Assembly (NCBI GenBank): GCA_030141605.1
Contig: JAQGDQ010000015.1
Coordinates: 806,001 to 870,000, forward strand
Direction of reading: 5' to 3'
Origin: Tubiluchus corallicola
Lineage: Eukaryota > Animalia > Priapulida
DNA: 64,000 nt
Shown here: positions 15,530 to 28,278 of the stretch, piece after piece
How the letters are laid out: the number at the start of each line of letters is the position of its first letter
How positions within the stretch are numbered: position 1 is the stretch's first letter
Translations under genes and position numbers: made by a program
The notes under the pieces: generated by a model
Database searches by the model: none
Told to the model about the DNA's origin: nothing
What the model saw: the letters and a program-made list of their open reading frames with translations, nothing else

Positions 15530-16070
15530 TGTTAGTAACACGATCAGAAGAGAAGCCGGAATCTTTTTTTTTTGGAATACTCGCTTGCGAAGTAACTCTA
15601 TAAAAAGGCCTGTTTCGCGGCGATGTTGTTGTCGTTCTCGTTTTATATAACAAGTTTTCATCAGTGTTTTGTTGAGGAAGACTCTACGCAAAATCGCTAC
15701 TTTTCTGGTTGATATTTGGGTATGACCTTTTGTAGCTACCGTTTGTAACTGATCGTCATGAAACTTCATATGGTATATACTAGAATGAATTTCGCATTGA
15801 TCTCCCATTTCGTATTCAGCGATAATATAATTTTTAAAAAAAGCCTGCGAATTTACAACGGATCGTCACAAAACTTTGCAAAAATATACTAGAAAGGAGG
15901 AAATGAGCCCATCCACCAATATTTAGTCGATTTTTTAATATTGTGGCGTCCTAATCGAATTACTCCATATTCTATTTTTTATGGAAAAAAGGTAAATGGC
16001 GATGGTAAATGTTCGAAATGTCATTTCACGAATAACGGTTCATGACAACGGTAAGTGGTGTTCTAAGTGT
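15530..16070. repeat. Dispersed repeat family, copy A
   Basis: Shares ACTCGYTTGCRAAGTAACTCTATAAA and AACGGTTCRTGACAACGRTAARTGG blocks, in the same order, with 40200-40390. Confidence 0.6.
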
Positions 16071-16925
16071 GACATATGCAGGCAGTTGGATAGAAAAACT
16101 CAGTAAGTGAGTAGCCCAATGCTTAGCATTCCAGATTAGTTTTTCAAACATTAACCAAATTGAAAGTAAAAAGGACACGCATGTTAGCAACGAAGCACAC
16201 GCAAAAACGTGAGCGTCGTTTTTCCATAAAAATTTCGTCTAGTAGAGTTTTCGGGCAACGAGGCGTGAGCTATAACATGACGCACATGCAGCGTCTTGGA
16301 TAAAGTCATAGTCAGAGCCATAAGAAAGCCATTACAAAATTAATAGCAAAGATATCTCTACAATGCCGCCGCTTGATATTTGCATGGTTGTTTTTATGTA
16401 CAGGTGTATTTAATCAGACCCAGGCCACCCGAAAACTCATTTCTTGTAAACTGAATCTAGTCATGATCTATGGCTTCTTTCTTTGTCTAGCTTGGGACCA
16501 AACTATGCCTTTAAAGTCGGATAACTGGCTGTGATGCGATATTTGTACGAGTGGGACTTAAAGTTGTACGTTCTGCACTCCCCTCGTTTAAATAGTATAA
16601 GTGTGAAGCTTTACAGATAAGAAACAGAATAGATATTTAGTTACCAACGTGAAATACCCGGTACATTGAGCAGTTGAAAATCCGGACTGTCGCCCAACGG
16701 GGGTGGTAATCATTCCGGATTATGAAAATGAGCTTCGATCGTGAGTTTGACATGCTCCTTCATCTCTTGAAGCCCACTGAATCTATTATACGAGCTTGGA
16801 ATAACCACCATTATCCCAACCAATGCATAAGATTTTCCAATAATGGCCAATTTCCACACGAATCGACGTAATTTCTCTGTGTTATACAAGTCACCGCGAC
16901 TCCGGGTGGGTGAATTGTTGCCTAG

Positions 16926-17458
16926 CTAATACTGAGCGTGTAAGATGGGTGGGTGATGGTGAAGCCCGTTGTGTAAGTGTCCCGCAATGGGCGAGTGTTC
17001 GTTACTGGGAGGGGTGGGCATACCAGCCGTCCCCGAAGTTTGACACACGTACCACTCACTCAAGTTCGTATGGGGTGACGTAATGCTCGCACTGTGTGAC
17101 GTCAGCGAAGAATGTAACGAGGCCGGATGTGACGTCACGCTGCTGTTCGTTTGCTGCGAGTGTAACGAAGATTGCTGTTGTTGCTGCTGTTGACGAGAAG
17201 AGGGTTGGACAGGTGTCGGAGAGTCCGGTGGGTCCTCTGTCTGTCCGTCGAATGAACTTTCCGGTGATCCAGGTGCTTTCCCGTGAACTTTCATGTGTTT
17301 ACGGAGGGAACTAGGATGAGTATAACTCTTGTCACAACCACGGATTTTGCAGTTGTATGGTTTGTCACTCGTGTGAACGTGTGAGTGTTTCTTTCTGTCC
17401 GAGCTGTTGGCAAACCTTCGATCACATCCCTCAAACTCACATTTAAAAGGTTTTTCTC
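16926..17458 (-). CDS. Zic: Zic coding exon 2 (zinc fingers 4-5 and Ser/His/Gln-rich C-terminus)
   Basis: Acceptor TTTTCCAG with AG at 17460-17459. Translates (G)[59 protein letters not shown]..., then poly-Q and the conserved NLSEWYVC motif, to TAG at 16928-16926. Joined with exon 1: 949+533=1482 nt = 493 aa plus stop, in frame. Confidence 0.97.
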
Positions 17459-17554
17459 CTGGAAAATAATTCAGATTAACTGTTTATGATTTACTAAATC
17501 AATAAGTGTGGCTTTATTAATGAAAATAAGTACTTAGAAATGCAGGTTATATGG

Positions 17555-17559
<5 letters not shown>

Positions 17560-17647
<88 letters not shown>

Positions 17648-17650
17648 TCT
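17560..17650. repeat. (CT)n microsatellite in the Zic intron, about 100 bp from the acceptor
   Basis: Directly visible. Confidence 0.98.
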
Positions 17651-18118
17651 CTTGCTGCCTCTTTCTTTGTCGTTTGGCAGTTTTCGTGACCTCTGACCTT
17701 TATGCTTTGTCCGCTCGGCGTTTTTCAATTTGGTGAAACTTTTACACTCACTACCACTCTAGAGGTATCTATTTTCTGTTATTGTACCTAATTTTATTAA
17801 TTTAGCCTTAAAAGTGGAATAACTGAGTAAATAACAGAAAGTTCAAAAACTAAAAATGCTTTAAATAATGCTAAAAGAAAATAATATCACTATATATCTC
17901 TCCAGATACCAGAGTATTCAACATGTCTCCAACTCGCCATTTCATAAAAAAGAATAAGAATTTACCAACAAGGGAGTAATATTGTTATTCTTATATCAAA
18001 ATACTGGTGTTAAATATTAAGTTTAACTATACATAACAGGCAGATTAATTTATTTTCCTAGCAAACCATCATCATATACTTACTAAAGATTCTGTAAATT
18101 ATTATTCTTGTTGTTACT

Positions 18119-18153
18119 GTTATTATTATTATTATCATTATTATTGTTATTGC

Positions 18154-18201
<48 letters not shown>
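18119..18201. repeat. (ATT)n microsatellite
   Basis: Directly visible. Confidence 0.95.
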
Positions 18202-18202
<1 letters not shown>

Positions 18203-21200
18203 AACACATTCTCTCCAGTAAATAAACACATTTGCTTACTTTTGCACGATTATAACACGCAACCTACTAATAATTTTACAATATATTTTTTTGGAATTTA
18301 GCTACATTTTCTATGCGATCCTCTTTTTTAATATATAAATTGATTTTTATATGCCTGTGCCCAAAAATTAATAACGTACAATTTACTACACATTATATAT
18401 AAATACGTTGACTGGTTGTTTTTCAGTTTCATTGTTTGCATGATCCTTTTGTTATATTGTCATAATAGTTACGCTTGTGCATGAAGTGTACTTCAGTTGC
18501 TATTATTCTTATGTTTTCAGTTCTCAGATTTTTATTTCTGCTTTTTATTTCACAATTATTATCACTAAATTATTATGTATTATTACCTCACCTGTCATCA
18601 GTTAATATGGTTCCTTATTTTGTTAATTTAAAGTCATACATGAGAATTAATTTTTAACCACACGCTAACAGCAACAGTACAGCGCCAGTAAATAATCATC
18701 ACTAATCAAAGATCAGCTGACTATATAACAAATTGGTCTTTTGCTGCCCTTCCTTTGCAAAATGCTGTCAAATTATCATTTGCATTATATCTGCATGTTT
18801 TTGTGATAAGATAAAACAAAAATCATGTTATAAAACCATACGTTTCAACAAAATCGTTATTTTGTTGGCAGGTAGTTATGCACTTTAGATAAATATATCG
18901 TTTAAATAACGTTACGTTTCTTAAAAAATTCGAGTTTCTTTATTTTGAACTATAATGCTCATAAAACATAGGCGTACTGGCTGTAGATTTAAAAATGATT
19001 GTTAAAAATGAAATTTTTATTGTTTATTGACAATAGACATTTAAAATACAATATTAAATGTCTATTACAAATTTAAAAACTTGCGCCCAATAATCAAAAT
19101 TTTACTATTTATTATACAAGTGACCAATCATATATTATATTAAGATCGTTGTTTCTGCTCGTAGGGGTTACTGTTTTTCGAACTTTTTTATAAAAAGATG
19201 TGATCATAATTACTCATTTGAATTTCAATTTTCTTATAAAAGATTTGATCATTACGTCGTCCTGCACAAGTTTGTTTAATAACGGGATTACAACTATATT
19301 TCGCTGCACAGACTTTCACGGTGTTACATCAATATCATTCAGGTTTCATTCAGCCTTTAAAGTTTAACTAATAATTGTAAATATGGCTTCTTAAACAATT
19401 CACGCAAAAATGTTATATATTACTTTCAGTTTTCTGACGTATAAAGCTGCTGCTAGGTAATTATGCAATGAAAAGTACTGCAGGCTGGAGCAAGACTACT
19501 AAGGTATATGTTTCTTTGGTAATTTTTTACAGCAAAAGAGCACTTTGAAAATTTTAGAAACAGTTTGTTAACTCTGCACAAAGGCAGCAAGCTTTGTCCT
19601 AATATGTCTTTGTCGTCCGTACATTCGTCAATGTTTCTTAGAAATTTTCAAGGGCTACACAATTTTGCTTCTTTAAATACATATATATATAATGTTTCTC
19701 TGCACGCCTGATAAAAATGTAAATATTGTAGTTATCGATAAAGACAGCAAACAAAAATTATCCATATAAGTTAAATGATTCGCGTAATAATTATTAGTCG
19801 CGCAAACATATTTCTAAATTTGTTAAAGTTGGAGTCACTTCTTTCAAATACTGGTTGAAAAATTTTGGGCAATAGTTAATTTCCTTGCGTTAACACATTC
19901 GAAATTTTGAAGCTAATAAAGGAGAACAGGCGTTTTTTTATTGTTGCAAGCAAGAGAAAATTATGAAAATTATAACAGGCTATGTGTGTATACATGAAAA
20001 AAGGATAAAGTTCTTTTGCAAAATAGTAGCAACTTGTCTACTGTCATCTTAACACATCGTGTCCATATGAATATGATGCATACAAATTGGACGCGTGTTT
20101 AAAACTAAAAACTGATTTAATTGTGAACTTAATACGGTGTAAAGAGATGCACTCAAACTGTAAACGAGGTATATTAATTTAACCGTTGTAGTTACTCAAG
20201 GGTTGCCACTTGCCCGTGCACAGAAGACTTGACGCAACCAGCCTGGAGCTTTGCTCGTAAAACGTTCACCGTTTTGCCGTTTGCGCTTTGGCATAAGGTA
20301 ATTCGAAAGCAATTAAGAATTTTAATAGTGGATCTATCAGATGCCGAAAAACTTTCCGACATTAATAAATCCCGTACCTCCCAGTCTAGGCAATAACTCT
20401 AGCGCGTATAGGTAGAATCAACGTGTGCAGGAAAATTTCCATATATTGACTTCTCCAAGTGGCCCTAATGGAGGCCGTAAACACATAAAATGCTGGAATA
20501 ACTACGTTACACCGCTATAAACCAGACGAGAGAAGTTATAAGCAAGCAGTACACTGTAGAAACGGAAGAGAGCTTATAGTGAGCATTTGTTACTGTGTCT
20601 GTAAACACTACTCTATGTTACCAGAAGGAGCCTAGACCTACGTATATTATAAAGGAGGATATTTAAGGGTCTAAACTGATTTTTTAACAGATTTAAACAG
20701 ATAATTTTTTAAACTGCCTGTTCAGGTAAGGATCTAGAATAAAAAATAAAACAATATAGAATTTTTCCACTACACTTTACTACTTAATATGTATAAGACT
20801 TTTCTCTAAGTGACAACATGAAGTTATAACAGACAGCATTCTACTTTTGAATACAAGCTAAACCCAATTTTTTATACAATTACGAAAAATTGAATATACT
20901 GTTTTTTCTTTAACCGAGCCTGCTGTTGGTCTAAGGACAGTTTCACTCAACCAACCTTGTACTTTTGGCGGCCTGCTACTTCAGCAACTAATCATTTTGC
21001 CCACTTTTCAAAATGATAAAGATCATTTTACAGCCATTGACAAAATGCATAAAATTTAGCCCCATAACGTTTAATGTGACATCTGTGATGGGTAGGACGA
21101 AATAAAGCAAAAGCAAACGAAGAAAATCACGAACACCAAACTCCAAGTTTCATTTTTTTGGTAGCAGTAAACTGCATGGATTCCGTGAAAAGAGATATTT

Positions 21201-24200
21201 ACAACTAAAATACGATAATTTGTGTCGCGTAAAATTTTAGACCGATTGTATGCTACCATACACATTATTTTTTGTATGGCTATATCCTAGATTCATAAAT
21301 CAGTTAACAGAGCTCAACTGTATAGTCATTACAGCCTACAGCACCTTACATGTACATAAAATATGTTTCTAATAAAGGATTACATAAAACAATGAACAGT
21401 AATCAAAATTTTACACAAGATTATCGTTTTTATCAGTTTTGCTCACAATAAAATCTCAAAATTACTGATTAGTATTAGGAAACTGTACATTTTATATTAT
21501 TCCATTATTCAAAATGCCATTGCAAAACTTAGGCAGCAACCGTTCATAATAAAGCTAACTCTATAAAAGTCTTTGACAAAAAATCACGTGCACTTAATGA
21601 GGGTCTCTTTCCTGAAAAGAGAAGCAGCCACTGTTCATTCTTCTCTGCTCAAAAGGGAGTCATTAGCGGGTTTCTCTTTGCATGCAAACACCATTGATAA
21701 AGTGCCCTCATTGCTGGCTAATTTAGGGCTTACTTAATTGCCGAAGCAACGATTTTCTTTCGAGTACAAGCTAGTATGAAAAGAAGCCAAAAGAGCTCCC
21801 CACGCTATTATAAAATAGTTGAAATATTTAATGGCGGCACTTACTTTTAACTGCATTAACTAGTTTTATTTTACACCCGTCGATTATGATACATACGTGC
21901 ACTACTTTTTTATACCCGCCTATGCTACTGCCAGTAAATAGATCCGCGCCCTTCCACAGTAATTCTCTTAAGAGGCTGATAAAGCCGTGTTAATTGCAGC
22001 TTATTATATTGAACGATAAATGTTATGACTGCAGAGACGGGCATGACAACAAAACGGCTATTACAGACTTGTTAGTTACACTTAGGTTTGTATTTTTCCA
22101 CGCTTTGAAAAGACAAATCTTTAAATCATCTGATAATGAGATAACCAAAAATAAACAATTAAGTAATTGAGATTTTATAAGTCATTAACGTAAATCTCTA
22201 GGGGAGTAACGGAGTTTAGGCCAGGATTACAAATTTTGTTTATCATGCCAATTTAAAAAAGGCCGTGTAAAGTCGCCCTTAGTAACAATCGTTAAAATAC
22301 TTAACTCAGTCATTATTACCTATTATAATGCCTGTAATACCTATGTCCCATTCGTGTCCATTCTATTACAAATTAGTAAATATATTGAAATCATTAAACA
22401 TGTTTAATTAAAAGTTTGGGTACACGTAGAAATTTCTCCTAAACATACGTAAGTGAAATTAAAATACTTTGCACGTTTCTTTTGGACATGTAAAATTAAT
22501 GGTGTATCAAGTTTGTTAAAATACTATAGTTTGCCTTCGTATTCTTCAAATGAATAAACGGCACTTAACTTAATTATGACGTATATAACACAGTGTCATC
22601 GACCTAACTGAATAAAACAGCAAAAGACAATTAACATACATATTCCAGACCAATCAAAATTATACGCGCTTGTAAATTAATACTGATATAAATTATAACG
22701 GAATAGAATTTGTCCTATTTAGGGTCCAAATTTAAAAAAAATGGCAGTGCCCACTTTCGACATACCGATCGCCAAGCAACCCTAGGCAGTGATATAACTT
22801 TAATATAAAATGAAAACAAAATGGAACCATAAAATTAACAGAAACGAATTAGTCTTTTAAAAAAGAATACACGTGTAACTTAAAAATGAGTTTTTTGCTT
22901 CCACATTTTAAGCGTATAAAATAATCACTCATTCACTACAGTAACATGCAGCATCACGTAATCCTGAACTCCGTGCCCTTTTCTTTCATTTATTGCCTCT
23001 TCCATGCACGGCGTACTGTATAATGTTTATTTATTCATCCATAATGCTTGACATATGAATCTTTGAGCTATTAACTTAACAACCACTAAAACACAGGTAT
23101 AGTCCCTAGATTGACCTACATTTACGCAAAACGCTTTTCTCGATAATGGAATATTAACAAATTTTCTAATATCCTTCATTGCAATTTTCCCAACTTTTAA
23201 TTTATTAATATTAACAAATATTAGTTATAAATACTATAATTGCGTAAGTGTCCAAACTAACCCATAAGTGTCTATAGCTGGACTACAATGAAAATTTGGG
23301 GCCAGGATACGTCGGTTCAACTGGTCAGGTGAAATACAGATGCGCAAAAATGGTATGCATAATAGACGTACATGGCTTTTACAAAAGTAATTTAGAGAAT
23401 GTTAGACAGCTCGATCTATAGAAAGTTATAAACTCTGTATTTTAAGTATATAAACCCTATATATAGCTAGCAATGGATTTGCATGCTTGCGCTTGTTCAA
23501 GTGGGTAAGCATGTCTGCCCTTCAGATCAGTCAAAGAGTTAACACTATAAGCATTTCAAGGCTGTGAATCCTGAAGTAGGCGGTGCTCAAGCTTTTGTGA
23601 CAAAAACGGCATCTCATTTAGAAATCTGCAAAGCGCGATTGTGAGCGCTAAATTAAACCTGTTTCAATGTAGCAGAGGCTTTGCAGCAGCTGCTAGTTGT
23701 GCTACAAAACGGCTCAAAGTGTATCAATCAATTGTAATTACAGACGTGAATGTGGATCATAAAATATCCAGAGAGCAGTGCGGAAAGAATTAAACCAATA
23801 GCACAGCAGGGGGCGGGTCGATCGAAGACAACTGGATTGAGCAAGGGGTGAGTGGAGTATAGGTTATGAAGAAACGAAGTATTTCATTTGAAATTTATTA
23901 TTATTCTGAAAAGCAGAACTTCTGGTTGATCACTGAAGGCACAGGATAGAAAATAAGAAACACAAAGAAAGTACATGATAGAAGCTACAATGTAGTCAGT
24001 CCTCCAATCAATTTTATTTCTTGGTCTTTAAATGCGCCTGCAAAGAAAGCAGAAAAAGTCTCTAGTTCAAATCCATGCTGCATTCTAACTTTTCACATTT
24101 CCTGTTTTTCAAGTTTGGTATCAAAACTTAATTAATTGTGGATTTTTAACATCATTAATAATAATAATCTTTATATTTAGATTATAATAATTAATAGCAT

Positions 24201-26944
24201 CTTCGAAAACACTTTGGACTAACCCTCTATTTAAATTCTCTCCACTTGATATAAAAACATTAACTGTCATCTCGCATTCTAGTAAATGCTGTTTTTTTTA
24301 TTCTGAGACAAAAACAAGTTGATACCCCGTTTGCGTGCGACAGCTTGACAGATTTAGCTGAAAATGCCTCCGTTATAAAATCAGATTATTGTTAATGATA
24401 TGTTATTGTTCTGAAGCCTTGAAATTAAGTTTACTAATAATTAAGCGAAAAGTATTTCATATAAATCGTTTGTCGATAATACACCTAGTGCGTCTAAAAT
24501 TCCGGATAAATTGAGCGTATATCGATATGGCTATACAATACTGTAAAAAAATCAAAATAATTGCTATTGAACTTAATGCAGGGCTGTAAGTCAGTCGTTG
24601 AATTTGTGTGCATTAATTACAGCAGATGTCGCTACAGCAAAAATGAAAAATACTGCAAGCTAGTTTAAAATATGTTCATTTCTACAATGATATTTTGAAA
24701 AACCTTTTTTAATAATATCATGAAAATAATATTGAAAGCAAGAACAAGCTGTTGCTCGAACACCACCAAGTCTATTCAATTCAACTCGTCTATTTTAGCA
24801 TGTAAAATTGCCACGTTACACAATCACAACTTGTTGCTATAAATATTATTCAAGTTTTACACAAGAGGAAAAAATTTTAAATGGCTTATTAATACGTGTA
24901 TTTTTGTTTACAGTTTTAGTGTACAGTTCCATTTACAGTATGTGTACATTGTAAACGATTTTGAATTCTGTGACTGATTAACTGGCATTAACAAGGTCTG
25001 TATAGCGTTACTAATTTGTTAAATTGTTGCTCAGTAAACCCCAGGGTTACGCCACTAAATTGTCAAGCTTAAAAAGCTTCAACATCTCAGCACACTTTGT
25101 GTTTTTAAATTGTTAGGACAATTCTTATAAAAATTGACCTCCTTATAAAGTTCACCGTAAACATAAACTAAAACTTTTCAATACAGCAGTCTTTACTCAG
25201 GCTGTTCATTACCGAACCACTCGTACGTCTTGTTTGGTTATCTCTTCCATCTCTCAAATAGGTTCCATTGTTCGAGAAGTGTCGGGAACATTCCGGCCGA
25301 CACATGATAAACCATTTAAGACGGTGCTAATACTTGATTCGCTTGTCACGTCGGATTAAAATTCGGACTTTTGAGAAACAGATGGTTTAAACGTTTATGT
25401 CCAGCAATTGGAACTGACGAAGGTGAAATCGTCATAACTTAAATGACGTTTGGTACTTGTTAGATAAGCAAACAGTAAGTAATATAGCTGCCTTAAATAC
25501 TACTTCCTAATTACATTGGTGAATAGGGTTTGAGTGCACGCTTAGTTTGATAAAAAAATCCTGTAAACTATAAATAACTTCATTTTTGTTGCCAGCGTAT
25601 CGCATGGAAACTTTATTTTTCTACTGAAAATGCTATTCTGCATCAAAGCTACAAGGTTTAACTTTTATTTAGGTAAATTTGTTTTTACTGCCATCTATCA
25701 ACAAAAAATCCAAATTTACACATGTAAAAGCTGCTTTAACGCAAAAAATTCCACCCATAACTAAAAAATTTTTCATCGCTGCAATTTGCAAATTTCATGA
25801 GCCCCTCCGGGTGAAGATTTTACACAGGTAACAGGACGCACATGCAGGTAAACCAAATTATTGTTCCCCGTACTTGACGACTCAATAGCCCCTATATAGC
25901 TTTCTCTACACAATGTGCAACATTTACAAGCTTCGGTTGTGATTTGCAGAGGGCCAGCTTTGTGTAGAAGAGACTCGTTAAATAAACTGACTTTTACCTT
26001 GCTGTCCAAACAGAAAAACATTCGTTTCCATTAACCCACATACTAACTTTATTATTGGATTAACAGATTATGCGAGATTATCGAATTAAGCATTTTAGCT
26101 TCGTTATACGGTTTTACTTCTCGACCAATCAAAGTTAATTATCTTGTACGTATTACACAAAACGCAGCCATTAAATGCACACGAATATGCGATGCTGTGC
26201 TATGATATTTTTCCTGTGGCGGTTTTATAACAGGAAACTTATAAATGCAATTAAGCTAAATAGATAATATTAGACTTATTGTATAAGAGACTGTGATTGA
26301 TATACAGACGGGCGGTAAACGGCAAGCGGTGGTATCATTTTGTACCAGATTGTGCTTTCCAGTAACTGGTTATTATCAAATAGGTAGTTTTTTATTAGAT
26401 GAGAATAAAACTGAGCAAAAATTTTATTATTTTTATTTCAGCAAATATTATAAACTTAATCATTAATTATAAACAATAAATCAAATAAAGTATACAGTGT
26501 TTTATTTATTATTTATAACAATTGTGTGATTAATAGTTTTATAAGTGAGCTTTACTTGATTAAATTTACCAGATTTTATAATATATAGTACTTTAGATTA
26601 ACTGTCCGTAGATATGTTTCATGTAATTACAAATGTTTGGTTTATGTAAGCCTGTTCAAGATTAGCAGTTGCTTTTCTAATGAAGCCAATAATAAAAAAA
26701 TATGTAAACTATTATTTTAAAAGAATTCCGATTCACCTATACGCTAAAGTGTTCAAAACACAAAAACATTATTAGCTGAAAGCATTTCAATATGCTCTGT
26801 GTCTGAAGTAGAGAGCAGTTATTAGCCTACTTAATTCTTAAGAAGTTCTTTGATCTAACAAGGTGATGGGCTTGCAATGTCATTTTAGAGCTATCAAGTG
26901 TAAATAATTTTATAGCGATAAACATAAGTGATACATGCATAACG

Positions 26945-27062
26945 CCCACCTTATTAAAATCGCTATAATTTTTACATGATTTTATAATATTGCTGTGTCA
27001 TCCATGTATATTCAATAAACTTTAAGTTTTATCTTGACGCTTATGTACAATAATAGCCATTA
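26945..27062. repeat. Direct repeat copy 1 in the Zic intron
   Basis: CCCAYCTTATTAAA...CTATAATTTTT...TCATCCATGTA...TAAACTTTAARTTTTATCTTGAC...ATGTAMAATAAT recurs at 28153-28278. Confidence 0.75.
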
Positions 27063-28152
27063 AATTAAGCTAAATTTAGCGCGTTTTTTTACATACCATT
27101 GCATATTGTTTCGATGTTGATTTATTTTGAGTACAATTTGCTGCGATACTTCACATCAAAATTCCGCGCAGGCTAGTAAACAGGATAATCAAAATTCGCG
27201 TGGTATTTTTAAAAATTTTATGTGAGTTTATTGTAGTTTAAAACTTGTTCGACTCGTGTATAATTCATGTTTGCTAGGGTGGCAGATTTAATGACATCTG
27301 TATGTTCTACAGCACATAATGAGTTAGCGCGACAAGCAAAACACGTTTAGAATTACATTCGCAATACTAATCGTCTATAAACGGATCAAGCCGTGCTAGG
27401 TTTACGTGTCAGGGCGGCTCAAGAGAGGAGAGAAGGATTTCGAACCCAAGAATTACCAATATACGATACAAGAAACATCAGTGCGTGCAAGATCAGAAAA
27501 ATGGGATGCAAATAGAAAGTTTGAAACCGGTCCTATTTTTTTAACTACACGGCCTAAAGGCACGGGTAGATAACCATCATTTTTAACGAAGGCAAACTCG
27601 CGTTTTCTATATTAATTCAATCTTTGTTTTTTATTTATTTTGAATCATAAGATGCGAAATAGAAGCAGGATAACCGTAATAACATATTTACATAAACTCA
27701 GCAAACAAAATACACGATAACCCAATATCGCATAGGAATAAACTTAAAAACAGACGTAAAAACAATATTGAAATATATATTTATACTGTATTGTCTTACT
27801 AGCCTACTGAAGCAATTTTCCAATAAGCAAATTTTCAATGTATCTATTACATAAATTATGGAAACCTTAGCTAAATAGACCTATTACCTACAGACTGAGT
27901 CTAAGTGACTTTGTTTAACAGAGATCAGCCAGTTATAAGCTTTTGCAAGTTTATAAAATGCATATAGATGTTTCACATTTTCGTTAAAAATTTTCACGAA
28001 TGTGCACATTTCACGATCGAAGCAGTCTTCCAATATAAAACTAGACTTCAAATATTTAATTCTTTAGTTAATTATTATGCCAGCTATACGTTTATTAACA
28101 GGGTAATTCTGAGTTCAATATGCTTGTTTTTTGCTTGCGGACCTACCCGTTT

Positions 28153-28278
28153 CCCATCTTATTAAATCACTATAATTTTTGCATGAATCAACAACACTGC
28201 TGGGCTTCATCCATGTACATACGTGTTCATTAAACTTTAAATTTTATCTTGACTCTAATGTAAAATAATGGTCATTAT
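28153..28278. repeat. Direct repeat copy 2 in the Zic intron
   Basis: Diverged copy of 26945-27062. Confidence 0.75.
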
